Shown: positions 49,185-61,129 of the stretch, one piece after another
How the letters are laid out: every line of letters begins with the position of its first letter
How positions within the stretch are numbered: position 1 is the first letter of the stretch
DNA from: Malacoraja senta
Lineage: Eukaryota
Length of the DNA: 64,000 nucleotides
Direction of reading: 5' to 3'
Assembly (NCBI GenBank): GCA_038087875.1
Contig: CM075988.1
Coordinates: 4,526,001-4,590,000 of the forward strand
Made by a program: the position numbers and the translations under genes
Notes under the pieces: model-generated
What the model was told of the DNA's origin: nothing
Database searches by the model: none
Seen by the model: only the letters and a program-made list of their open reading frames with translations

Positions 49185-51383
49185 TTGTTGTTCTTGTTGT
49201 TTTTTTGTATTTTTTATTTTATTATAAGTATTGTACATTATAATAATCTGCAATAACGTAAGTTTATACTTTTCTTGTACCACTTCTTATTTTTAAACTT
49301 TAATAAGAAAAAAGGATAGAAAGAGTTAGTAAAGATAGTAAGTGAGTGATTGAAAGAGTGGTCCAGGAACACCCATATGGACCTAAACCACAAGAAATAG
49401 TTAGAGAAAAAAAAAAAGAAAGAAAAAGAGAAAAACCAAAAGGAGGAAAAAGAAAAAATAAAGCATAAGATAAGGTAGGACAATATGAAAGGGATGTGCC
49501 TACTTCATATCTGTACTCACCCCTCGCCAGGTCCTGAAACCATTTATTATCAACATTTTGTTGCACCCTATGTTTGTAATAAGTCAATAAATGGAGACCA
49601 AATCTTTTGGAATTGGTCTTGTTTACCTGCTAAGAGGAATCTCATATCTTCTAGATGTAACAATTCTGACATATTAGAAGTCCACATTTTTGTCGTTGCC
49701 GTGGGAGCATTTTCCCAAAATTTCAGTATACGTTTTTTTGCCGTTATTAAGCCAAAATTAAGGAAACTCCTTTGAAACGAAGTCAGCTCCAAACTGGCTT
49801 CGATTGTTCCAAAAATAATCAGTTCTGCATTCGGTTTCAGTTTTATTTTAAATAATTTACTGAAAATTTCAAAAATTTCATTCCAACATTTTTGGATTTT
49901 TATACAAAAAACAAAAGAATGTGCTATAGTTGCTTCTTGGGTTAGGCATTTATCACAGATAGAAGAGGTATTTGGGTAAAATTTACTTAATTTAACTTTC
50001 GAATAGTATAATCTATGTAAAATGTTAAATTGAATTTGAGTATGTGTTACGTTAATCGAGCATTTATGCACATATAACAGGTGTTTATCCCAACTCTCTT
50101 TCGAGATTTTTATAGCTAGTTCCTGTTCCCATTCACTTCTAATCCCATCAGATGATGGAATATCTATGTTTAAAATGGAATTATACAGGTATGATATTAA
50201 ATTAGCTGATTCCGCTTTTATATTTATTATCTCATCTAATAGGTCTGGAGACATATTTTGATATTCTCGTGTATAATTTTTCAAATAGTCACGTATTTGA
50301 AAGTATTTAAAATATTGATTACTACTCAAGTTGTATTTAAGTTGTAGTTGGTGAAATGTTAAAAAACTTCCATTATCATACATATCTCCAAATGTTTTAA
50401 TTCCTACTCTATCCCAATTTATAAAAGATTTATCTATCATAGAAGGTTTAAACGAAGGGTTGTTCATTATAGGTGAGAGAAGCGATAGATTTCTTAATTT
50501 TAAAGTTAATTTTATTTGTTTCCAAATTCTAATTTACAATAAATAATTGGATTTTTACTGTATATTGTATTCTTCATTTTTGTTGGTGAGAGAAGGATCG
50601 CTCCTATGTTAAAAGGGGAACAATCCTCTCTCGCCATTACTATCCAATCCACCTGCTGGGCCGAATTGTCCAACAGGTGAATCATATTTTTGACATTTGT
50701 GGCCCAGTAATAATATAAAAAATTAGGGAGTGATAATCTGCCAGATTCTTTAGGTTTACACAAATGTTTTCTTTGGATTCTGTGGGATTTATAGTCCCAT
50801 ATAAAGTTTGTAATATCAGCATCCAATTAAAAAAAAAAAAAATTTGGTAAATATATTGGTATTGACTGGAATAGATATAAAATTTGTGGTAAAAAGATCA
50901 TTTTTATAGCATTTATTCGGCCTATAAGAGACATCGGAAGAGTTTTCCAGAATTTAATCAGTATGTTTAATTTATTGAGTAAGGGCATATAGTTTGCATT
51001 AAATAAAGATTTATATTTTCTAATAATTTCAATTCCCAAATATTTAAATTTTTCTGAAGCGATTTTAAAAGGGAATTTTAACAGGTGTGTTGGGTCTTGA
51101 GGTTTAATCGTTATAATTTCACTTTTATTCCAATTTATTCTATATCCTGAAAAGGATCCAAATTCCTCTATTAAATTTAATATATTTGGTATACTGATTT
51201 GTGATTTTGTGATATATAGTAGTACATCATCTGCGTATAATGATATCTTATTATTTGAGTATTTTGTATTATACCCATGGATATTCTGATGTGTTCTAAT
51301 ACTTTCCGCTAACGGTTCTATTACACGAGCAAATAGAGGTGATAATGAACATCCCTGTCTATTTCCCCTTGATAATTGAATAA
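49185..51383 (-). mobile_element. L1-clade LINE, 5'-truncated within RT
   Basis: RQGCSLSP, LYADDV, SLIGRINAIKMIFLPQILYLF, C-terminal CDKC...HSFVFC zinc knuckle; A-rich tail at 49185-49225. Confidence 0.95.
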
Positions 51384-51955
51384 AGGAGTCGTCATTAAAT
51401 AGTCTGTTCCCGGTGATGGAGACAGAGAGATCAAGAAAGGGGAAAGAGGTGTCAGAGATTGTGTCTTTGTTCCCACAACTAACAGACTCCTACACCCAGT
51501 GGAACCTCTCCTTACCTTCAACAACTTCGCTCTTTCTTCATGTCAAAGATGTAGCCATGGACATTCACATGGGCCCTTGCTATGCCTGTCTTTTGGTTGC
51601 TTACATTGAACACTCATGGTTCCAAGAGTATTCCGGTCCAACTGCCCAACTCATTTTCCACCAAAAATAGACACAAAATGCTGATGTAACTCAGCGGGAC
51701 AGGTAGCATCTCTGGATAGAAGAAATGGGCGATGTTTTGGAGTGAGACCCTTCTTCAGAGTGCACATTCTCCGCCATATTGCTGACTGCCTCAGAACTGT
51801 CTTCAGAACTCATTGATTTCATTTAATGCCCTGTCCCACTTGGCGATTTTTTCGGCGACTGCCGGCATCATTGATTGACGTATCAGGTCACCGAAACATC
51901 GCAGCGTGATGCGGCGGTGACGCACCGTGTTGATGTATGACGCGCAATGTTTTTT
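51384..51955 (+). repeat. Right copy of ~580-bp direct duplication flanking L1
   Basis: Near-identical to 48601-49184, 12 bp shorter. Confidence 0.95.
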
Positions 51956-52060
51956 CGAGTGTCGCAACGTTTTTTTGTCGCCGCTGGATTTTGAAATGTT
52001 CAAAATCTTTTGGCGACACTGATATGACGCCGATAAAAATCGCCAAGTAGGACAGGCCCT
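51826..52060. mobile_element. PIF/Harbinger-type MITE (left part duplicated at ~49055-49184)
   Basis: gccctgtcccacttggcgatttt / aaaatcgccaagtaggacaggccct. Confidence 0.85.
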
Positions 52061-52320
52061 TTACTTTATCACTAACTTCCACCCTGCTCTCAAATTCACC
52101 TGGACTATCCCTGACAACATTCTCTCTTGATCTCTCTGTCACCATCATAGGGAACACACTATCGAAAGACATGTACTAAAAACCCACTGACTCCCCACTA
52201 ACCCTTCCAGCTGAGACAGAGGTTCACATGCATCTTTTCAAACCTCATCTACTGCATTCATTGCTCCCAATCCAGCCTTCTTTACATTAGTGAGATCAAA
52301 CGAACAATTTACCACTATTT

Positions 52321-53080
52321 TGTTAATCCTGGCCAAATTGGAGAGGCTAGGACTTTAAAATGGGGTAAAAGCTTCAGGGCTGCTGGAAGATTTGGTCAAT
52401 TTGGAATCGCTCTCTGCAGAGCTGGGTCAAGCTGCAGAGAGGTGCCAGTGTGTCTAGAGCCTAGATACAAGTTGCAAGAAAAGAATAAGAACATCTGCAG
52501 ACACTATCAATTAGGTGCAAAATGCATAGAATGGATTGGATGGCTGCAAACCAGACATACACCTTGTAAATAATGTTGCCGAGTTCTACTTTGCCGAGTG
52601 TTGATTGGATGAGGTATTGAGCCTTGTCTGGGTTTCTTGCTGATCAGGGTAAATGTTTCTAAGTTGGCTTCCTTGCGCAATCCGTTTTGAATACAATGTA
52701 TTGTGCTGTTGTATTATTGGGTTAGGGAAATGTCTGTTATTATGAGGTTAATCGATATCTGTAATTGGGTTATTAAGAGACCACCCCTATTTGGTTCGGC
52801 CCCTCGAGGTCCCGGGACATATGAAAGTCCGCTACCATGAGGTCCAACGTCGATCTTCTGGGAGAGCGCTTGGGACTGCGTGACCTTCTGGAGTGTCTCT
52901 GTCTGAGCGAGGCCTAGAGGGGTTGAACAGGCTGACACGAGGATTGAACCCGCGGTGGGATAGGTACAGTAGTTGAACTGTAACGCGCTTTGTTAAAATA
53001 AAGATTAGTTGTTTCAAGTGCTTGATTCAGTGTTTTGACTGAAACTAGACTGGGGGGAAGTTTAGTATGAGCAATTATCA
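52321..53080 (+). mobile_element. Solo LTR (760 bp) inserted in a PLE fragment
   Basis: TG...CA ends, 4-bp flanks attt/atct, AATAAA at ~52997; PLE GIY-YIG sequence continues on both sides. Confidence 0.75.
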
Positions 53081-53174
53081 ATCTTGCTCAACACTTGTGC
53101 TCGGTCAGGCAAGGCCTGCTTTATCTCTTGGTTGCTAACCATTTTAGTTTGCCTTCCCATTCCCATACTGACCT

Positions 53175-54110
53175 TGTGTGTAGGAAGGAACTGCAGATGC
53201 TGGTTTAAACCGAAGATGGACACAAACAGTTAGAGTAACTCATCGGGTCAGGCAGCATCTCTGGAGAAAAGGAATAGGTGACATTTCGGGTCGAGACCCT
53301 TCTTCAGACTGAGAATCAGGGGAAAAGGAAATGAGAGGTGCAACACCAATCCCTATACCTCCTCCCTTGACTCTGTCCAGGGACCTAGACAGTCCTTTCA
53401 GGTTAGGCAGAAGTTCATTTGCACCATCTCGAACCTCATCTACTGTATCAGTTGTTCAAGACGTGGACTCTTATACATCGGCGAGACCAAACGCAGATTG
53501 GGCGATCGTTTCGCTGAACACCTTCACTCAGTCTGCCTCGGCCTACCAGATCTCTCGGTTACCAAACATTTTAATTCCCCTTCCCATTCCCACATTTTAC
53601 CTTTCTCTCCTGGGTCTCTTCCATTGTCAGAGTGAGGCCAAACACAAATTGGAGGATCAGCACTTCATATTTCGTTTGGGCAGCGGTATGAATATTGATT
53701 TCTCTAACTTCAAGTAACCCTCGCATTCTCTTTCTCTCCATCCCTCCCTCACCCAAAGTCGTCCTGTAGAGTCTCATTGTCTGTACTGCATTTTCACCTA
53801 GCCCACAGCTAACAATGGCCAGTTTCCTTTATCATTGTTGTTTTTTTGCATATCTTTCATTCATTTGTACTATATCACCGTCTGTATCTCCGTTTCCCTT
53901 TCCCCTGTCTCTCAGTCTGAAGAAGGTTGTCGACCCGAAATGACACCTATTCCTTTTCTCCAGAGATGCTGTCTCACCTGCTGAGATATTCCAGCTTTTT
54001 GGTTTATTCTACCCACACTGATCTGTCTGTCCTGGGCCTCCTCCATTGCCAGAGTGAGGCCACATGCAAACTGGAGGAACAGCACCTCATATACTGCTTG
54101 GGACACTTAC
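53175..54110 (+). mobile_element. Penelope-like element with inverted 5' pseudo-LTR (53175-53340), GIY-YIG region and direct pseudo-LTR
   Basis: NLIYCISCSRRGLLYIGETKRRLGDRFAEHL; hammerhead cores at 53280-53307 (-) and ~53917 (+). Confidence 0.88.
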
Positions 54111-54654
54111 AATCTCCCAATCCCGAGTCCCCATTTCCTTATTCTCCGCTCTCACCCTTCCCTCTGTCCTGTTCACCCATATCCCTCCCACTGGCTTTAC
54201 ATTTCACTCCTCCTCTTCTCTCCTTATCTGACACCCTTTGGTCACCTTTTCAACTCTAACCTTTGTCACTTACTTCATCCATCAGTCAGTCATTCCCCCT
54301 TCTCCTCTACCCACCCATCCTCCCATCCTACCACTCTTTACCAGCTTTCTCTCCCTTTGTAGAAGTAGGATCTCGACCCGGAACGTTGTCTGTCCCCGCC
54401 CTACATGGGTGCTGCCTATTCCAATACATTTCTCCAGCACTTTGTGTTTGTCTCAAGATTCTAAAATAAGCAGTTTCTTGTGTCTCCATGTTGGAACATA
54501 TCTGCCCGTTTCTGCTCGAGACTCCTGTCAGCAAGAATGATAGCCCCACACAGAGGCACTCAGTCTGGCTCTGTCCACAACAGCTTTTGTACATGTCCAC
54601 AACATGTTTTGTCCACAACATGTTCAACATGGAAGTTATCACCAGAATCACCAG

Positions 54655-54906
54655 CGGTTCCTAGACTGTGGAACAGCATCCCCCTTCCCATCAGAACTGC
54701 CCCCTCCATCGACTCCTTTAAGTCAAGACTAAAAACGTATCTATACTCCCAAGCCTTTCTTGACGTCCTCTGAGCGAGGGTTATATGTATATATGTATGT
54801 AGTTTGTTTGTATATACTATTCTTATAACAAATGTAAAGCACTTTGGCCAACGAGAGTTGTTTTTTAAATGTGCTATATAAATAAATGTGACTTGACTTG
54901 ACTTGA
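54655..54906 (+). mobile_element. L2-clade LINE 3' end
   Basis: Near-identical to 48022-48275. Confidence 0.85.
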
Positions 54907-55014
54907 CGAGAATAAAACAGATTCACTATCCTTAGAGGATGCTGTTAAACTGAGACCATTTCCCATCAAAACGTTATTGCTGTAATAATGGCAAGCTTCA
55001 AACGCATAATAACG

Positions 55015-55570
55015 GCGGCACTGTGGCGCAGCGGTAGAGTTGTTGCCTAAAGGACATGTCCCACTTTCACAACTTAATTCTTTCATCCCGAGCATTTTTT
55101 TACTCATGGACATTTTTTATTGGGCTGGAAAAACGTCCCGACTTACCTGATGCCACGAGTACCTACGGCTAGCATAACGAGCCGCTACGATATATCTACG
55201 AACTCCTACGGACTCGTTACGAACATTCTGCGAGTTTGAATCGGGGAAACTTGGGAGAATTTGTGAATTACCTAGTGAAAGTGGGACAGGCCCTTTACAG
55301 TGCCCGATATCCGGGTTCGATCCTGAAAACGGGTGCTGTCTGTACGGAGTTTGTACGTTCTCCCTGTGACCTGTGTGGGTTTTCTCCGAGATGTTCGGTT
55401 CCCTCCCGCATTCCAAAGACGTACAGGTTTGTGGGTTAATTCACTTGGTGTATGTGTAAATTGTCCCTAGTGTGTGTGTAGGATAGTGTTAATGTGCAGG
55501 GATCACTGGTCGGCACGGACTCAGTGGGTGCAGGGCCTGTTTCCGCGCTATATCTCTCAACTAAACTAAA
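55015..55570 (+). mobile_element. HE1-like V-SINE interrupted by MITE
   Basis: Head 55015-55050, body resumes at 55295. Confidence 0.88.
55051..55294. mobile_element. PIF/Harbinger-type MITE
   Basis: aggacatgtcccactttcac / gtgaaagtgggacaggccct; same subfamily as 5414-8786. Confidence 0.85.
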
Positions 55571-55809
55571 CGGACTGGTTCACTAAATCCACTGAAATGC
55601 ACAAAGACAAGCATGAGGGTGACAGAAGATGGAGAGAGATGGTGAAAATGGCACTTTCTGTCCAGTTCCCTCCGCAGATGCTGCCTGTTCCACTGAGTTC
55701 TCCAGTAGTCTGTTTTTCGCTCAGGATTTCAGCATTTACAGTCTCTTGTGTCTCCTCAAAGCTAAATAAGACATTTTGAACTAAATTCTTGAGTATTAGA
55801 TGAGATGAC

Positions 55810-56645
55810 CGATTGGGAATGTTGTTGAGCAGAGGGATCTAGGTCTTTAAAATTATGAGCGGGTTAGACAGAGTTGACGTGGATAAGCTTTTCCCATTGA
55901 GAGTAGGGAAGATTCAAACAAGGGGACATGACTTGAGAATTAAGGGACAGAAGTTTAGGGGTAACATTAGGGGGAACTTCTTTACTCAGAGAGTGGTAGC
56001 TGTGTGGAATGAGCTTCCAGTGGAAGTGGTGGAGGCTGGTTCGATTTTATCCTTTAAAAATAGATTGGATGGGTATATGGACGGGAAAGGAATGGAGGGT
56101 TATGGTCTGAGTGCAGGTAGATGGGACTAGGGGGAAGTATTTATTTAAAAAAAAAAAAAAATTATAATAATAAAAATGTTCGGCACGGACTTGAAGGGCC
56201 GAGATGGCCTGTTTCCGTGCTGTAATGGTTATATGGTTATATGGTTATAGGAGTGCAGGTACATAGTTTCCTGAAAGTTGCATCATAGGTTGATAGGGTG
56301 ATGCAGAAGGCTTTTGGAACACTGGCCTGCATCAGTCAGGGAACCGAGGAAAGAAGTTGGGATGTTATGTTACAATTTTACAAGACATTGGTGAGGTCGG
56401 ATCTTGGAGAAGCATGCTCAGTTTTGGTCACCCTGCTGTGAAAGATGCCATTTAGCTGGTTAGTGTGCAGTGAAGATTTGCGATGAAGTTGGCAGGAATC
56501 AAGGGCCTGAGCTATAGGGAGAGGTTGGGTAGGCTAGGTCTTTATTCCTTGGAGCGCAGGGGGCTGAAGGGTGATCTTATACTGTAGATGTGTATAAAAT
56601 CATGAGAGGAAAAGATAGGGTGAATGTACAGACTCTCTTTCCCAA
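55810..56645 (+). mobile_element. Older CR1 fragment with a younger CR1 3' end nested at ~55843-56250
   Basis: RGNFFTQRVVAVWNELP; (GGTTATAT)n tail; flanks resume QRDLG|VQVH. Confidence 0.85.
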
Positions 56646-56669
56646 GATCGGTTTAATCATGAACTTTAG

Positions 56670-57312
56670 GGTGGCACGGTGGTCTAGTGGTAGAGCTACT
56701 GCCTTATGGGCCTGTCCCACTTACGCGACTTATTCGACGACTGTCAGCACCCGTCATAGGTCGTTGCAGGTCGCCGAAAAATTTCAACATGTTAAAAATC
56801 CAGCAGCGACCAGAAAGACGCTACGACTCTTTGGGCGACTGAGGAGTCTACTCACGACCATACAGGCAACACCCTGGCGACATGTCACGGGATGAAGCTT
56901 GTATGGTCGTGAGTAGTCGCCCAAAGAGTCGTACCTTCTTCTGGTCGCCGCTGGATTTTCAACATGTTGAACATTTTCGGCGACCTGCAACGACCTATGA
57001 CGGGTGCTGGCAGTCGCCGAAAAAATTGCATAAGTGGGACAGGCCCATTACAACGCAGAGACCTGGTTTTGATCTCGACTACGGGAGCTGTCTGTAATGA
57101 CCTGCATGTGTTGTCTCCAAGACCTTTGGTTTCTTCCCGTACTCCAAAGACGTACAGGTTTGTATTGGCTTGGTATGAATGTAAAAAAAGTTTTAGAAAT
57201 TATCCCTAGTGTGTGTAGGGAAGTGTGTCAATGTGCGCAGGTCACTGGTCAGTGTAGACTCGGTGGGCCAAAGGGCCTGATTCCGTGCTGTATCTCCAAA
57301 CTAAACTAAACT
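56670..57312 (+). mobile_element. HE1-like V-SINE interrupted by MITE
   Basis: Head 56670-56706, body resumes at 57048. Confidence 0.85.
56707..57047. mobile_element. PIF/Harbinger-type MITE, palindromic along its length
   Basis: tgggcctgtcccactta / taagtgggacaggccca; TTA TSD. Confidence 0.92.
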
Positions 57313-58777
57313 AGAGGTTGAGGGTTAAGGTGAAACCTTACAGAGTCCTGGGGCTGGGATAATCGACCTTCAACAACTACAACCTCCTGCTTCATGTATA
57401 AACCCAATCTCTGTAATGTTTCCCCCTCGATGTTCATTGATATTTGTTTTGTCAGTGCCTCTTGATACCACACTCAAGCAATTATTGCCTTGACATCAAA
57501 GGCAGTCTCTCTCACTTCACCTCTGGAATGTAACCCTTTGGTGATGGATGGAACCAACGTGGTGATCTAGTGATCAGCTGTTCTGGAAAATTCCCATTAG
57601 GGCATCAGTGATAGGTTATCAGCGGAAACCTCCATTAGATGTTACTATCAGACATTGGCTTCAACATTTATCTGCACTGCTTTCTGGCAATCTTGCTAAT
57701 CCTGTTTCATACAGTTCTAGAAAGAGTAAAACACATCAGTTTGAAAATCCTGATAAAGAATGCCCACTGTAAGTCTTTCTGTTCTGTGGACAGAGGAGGA
57801 TTGGAAATGACCACCTCCCCTTGCAACTCAAACTTCAACCAGTTGTCCTTTGAGCATCACACTACAATACAAACAGTATCTCTGCCACTCGTGGCACTCT
57901 GCCAGTTTCTGGCAACAAGCTCTCCCTGGATGCAAGGCTTTGCAGAACCTTATCAAATTGGTCCATATAAATAATGTCAATGGCCTTGTCTTCATCGACT
58001 TCTTCAAAAATGCAATCAAATTCATGAGACACAATCGCCCACACAAAAAAAACCATGTTGTATATCCTTAATCAGTCTCCAAATGCACATATATCTTATC
58101 CCTCAGAATCCTCTCCAGTAACCTATCTACCACAGATGTCAGGCTCACTGGTCTATAGTTCCCATGCTTTTCCTTGCAATCCTTCTTAAATAGAGGCACA
58201 ACATTAACCACCCTCCAGTCATCTCGCATCTCACCCATGTCTAATGATGATTCATAAATCTCCCGCAGAGCTCCTGCGGTTTCTTCGCTATCTTCCCACA
58301 GTGTCCTCAGATATACGTGATCAGCTCGGGAGATTTATCTCACTTCATATGCCTTAGGACGGCCGGCATCGCCTCGACCGTAATAGGGACTGTCATCAAG
58401 ACATCTCCATTAATAGTCCCAAGTTTCCCAGTCTTCATATCTTTCTCCATGGTAAAAACAGAGGATAAATACTCATTGAGAACCATGCTCATCTCCTGCA
58501 AATCCTGACCACTCTTTTTACTGAGGATTCCTACTCTCTTTCTAGAGAGTAGGAATCCTCGTTACCCTCTTTCTCTTAATGTACTTATAAAATTCCTTTG
58601 GATTCTCCTCAATCTCATCTGCCAGAATGATATCTTGCCCTCTTTTTGCCCTCCTGATTTCCTTCTTAAGTGTGCGCCTCAGTCCCCAAAACTCCTCCAG
58701 GGATTCCAGCTGCCGACACCTGGCCCATGCCTCCTTATTTCTCCTAACCAGAGTCCCAATTTCTCTCATCATGAACG

Positions 58778-59093
58778 ACTAATACTTTATTATCACATGT
58801 GATGTGTCACAGTGCAAGTCTTTGTTTTGCTACCGTAAGCGAGGTATGCAAAGAGTCACCACCTAAAGGGTGTAGACAAATTTAATGTGTTAGTGTTCAA
58901 TGTGGTTCCAATGGTCGCTCTTCATTCTCAGGACCCCTCCCCCCCCCCCCCCCCATGCCGGGTCCCATTTTGTTCTCTCGATGGTGCATCCTTGCCAACC
59001 TCCAGCAATCGCGCGGCTCATCTGAACTCCGGCACCCACTGTGGGCTCGTCCCACCTCCGTCATCCAGGCTTTCTTACTACCATCAGTAAGAA
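58778..59093 (-). mobile_element. Short non-autonomous retroposon fragment
   Basis: catgaacg direct repeats on both sides; - strand tail cactgtgacacatcacatgtgataataaa. Confidence 0.6.
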
Positions 59094-59527
59094 CATGAAC
59101 GCTTTGAACTTTCATCATCACACTCATAAAAGCAACGCGGACCTTCCTTTGCCCTCAAACAATTTACTCCAATCATCCTTCACAAGTTCCCATCCAATAC
59201 CATCCAAGTTGGCCTTGCCCCAATTGAGAACTTTAACTTGTGGACCAGCTATTTTAAAGTTAGAACAACAGTGATCGCTGGTCCCAAATGGCTCATCCAC
59301 AGACTCTTCTGTCACTTGCCCTTCCCAATTTCCTAAGAGTAGATCAAACTTTACCCTCTCCCTCTATATGTTGGCTAAGGAACATATTTGACAAATTCCA
59401 TCCCATCTAAGCACTTGATACTATGGCAGCCCCATCCTATATCGGGAAAGTTAAAATCCCCTACTATGACAACCCTATTTGTCTTGCAGTTGGCTGCAAT
59501 CTCCTGACATGTTTGCTCTTCTAATAA

Positions 59528-60417
59528 GCGAGTTCGGTATTCCAAAAAACTCAAGGAATCATGGGAAAAACTCAAGGAATCAAGGTCATTCGAGAATAAT
59601 AAAAGCGAACGGGGTGCCTGGTTGCGGGGAAGAGCGGGGTGTAACAGCGAGAGAGAGGGGGCAGATGTGAGTGGGAGACGGGGTGAGACTGGACCGGCGG
59701 AGAGATGGTGAGAGGTGGAGGAGAGAGAAGGGGGATGAAAGATGTGCGTGGGGAGACAATAGAGAGAGGTTTCAGTAAGACAGACAACCACTGGTAAAGC
59801 CATGGCTCGTTGCTTCTAGGAGAGTCGATAAAATGTCCTCAATCGAGAGAATGCAACTTCAGAACCCCCTCGTCTCGAATGGCGTACGGCGAGGACTTTA
59901 AGAACACTCAGTTCACTCAACGCAAACTCTAGGTCATTTGTTCCTTGCGCCCGCGGAAATCCCCGCTCCTATACATCCCAACCACGGCGCAAAAGTCTAA
60001 TGTGTAGGAACTCTGAATGAAGGTCTTCTATCCAGAGGTGCGCGGATGGGAGTGTCGGCCCAGGCCCGTAGCCAGCACGGAGGGGAGGCGCCGGCCCCAG
60101 CTCGACTCTGCCTGTCCCGCTGGTGGGACGGGCAGGGTTGAGCTGGAGTTGGTGCTTCTTTTCCACGCCGCCTGCGGGCTGGGCCACCGCTCTGGCGGGA
60201 CCGGCAGAGTCGAGCTGGAGCCGGCGCCCGTTCCTCCGCGCTCCCATCCGGCTCTCGCTGGCCCGGGGCCACCCGGACATCCCAGGTCACCCCCGGACCA
60301 GCGGCGGCTGCTATGGGACAAGACGCAGGTCTGCATCATGCCGCGGCATGGCTGCCGAGAGTGTTTATCCCGAGTGACCCATGACCTGTGCATGCGCAGT
60401 CGGAATACCGAACTCCC
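59528..60417. mobile_element. GC-rich non-autonomous DNA transposon (890 bp) inserted in CR1 EN
   Basis: TIR gcgagttcggtattcc / ggaataccgaactccc, taa/tta flanks; CR1 resumes on both sides. Confidence 0.8.
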
Positions 60418-61129
60418 TTATTCCTTTTGATTATTTGGGATTAGTATTTTCCCGACAAGACAATCATCTTTTTTTAGTTCTCAGCTCCACCCATTTAAGT
60501 TCACTGGATGAACCATGAAAAATGTCATCTTGAACGATTGTCGAGACGTTTTCCTTAATCAGTAAAGCAACTCCTCCTCCAGTTTTACCTCCACCTCTAT
60601 CTTGCCTGCAGCTCCTATTCCCTGGAACATTAAGCTGCCTGTCTTGTCCCTCTCTTAGCCAGGTTTCCATAACAGCTAGATCGTCCCAGTCGCAGGTACC
60701 TGACCAAGACCTGAGTTCATCTGCCCTACCTGTCAGGCCTGTCACATTGAAATAGATGCATAAATCCAATGACCCTCCCTCACTCCCTGCTGTGCACCTG
60801 CCTATTCTGTCCACAGAGCTTGCTTTCATCAACTTCCAGCCGCTGTCCTGCCTTGCTTTGTATCCTGCTCCCCTGAAAACCATCCAGAGGTTTACACTGT
60901 AGAGATACACTGTATCTCTAACCCATCCCTTGTAAACCTGCCTGCCCAGATATGGGTTCACCTCCAGTTCAGATGCAACCTGTCCCTCTTGTACAGGTCA
61001 TCTTTGCCCTAGATGAGGTCCCAATAGTCCAATAATCTGAATCCCTGCCCCTGTTCCAGCACCTCACCTGTCCTATCTTGTTCCTATACCTCACTAGCAT
61101 GTGATACCAGGAGCAAAGTTGGTAGTAGG

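Larger units (their letters stand above)
57940..61110 (-). mobile_element. Old CR1 LINE (EN, tether, RT start), fragmented by insertions
   Basis: ETWL, DR...GGGVALLIKE, VIVGDFNFPDI.W, EPFGTSDH, ENPKEFYKYI, NYRPVSL. Confidence 0.85.

Noticed and set aside
48601..51955. LTR retrotransposon
   Set aside because: Repeats lack TG..CA ends and are mosaics of other repeats; the interior is L1 with a poly(A) tail
355..57312. tRNA genes
   Set aside because: A/B-box sequences are SINE heads followed by the V-domain; no complete cloverleaf seen
59800..60420. Host gene promoter or first exon (GC-rich overlapping ORFs)
   Set aside because: Bounded by TIRs and interrupts a continuous CR1; ORFs are low-complexity GC artefacts
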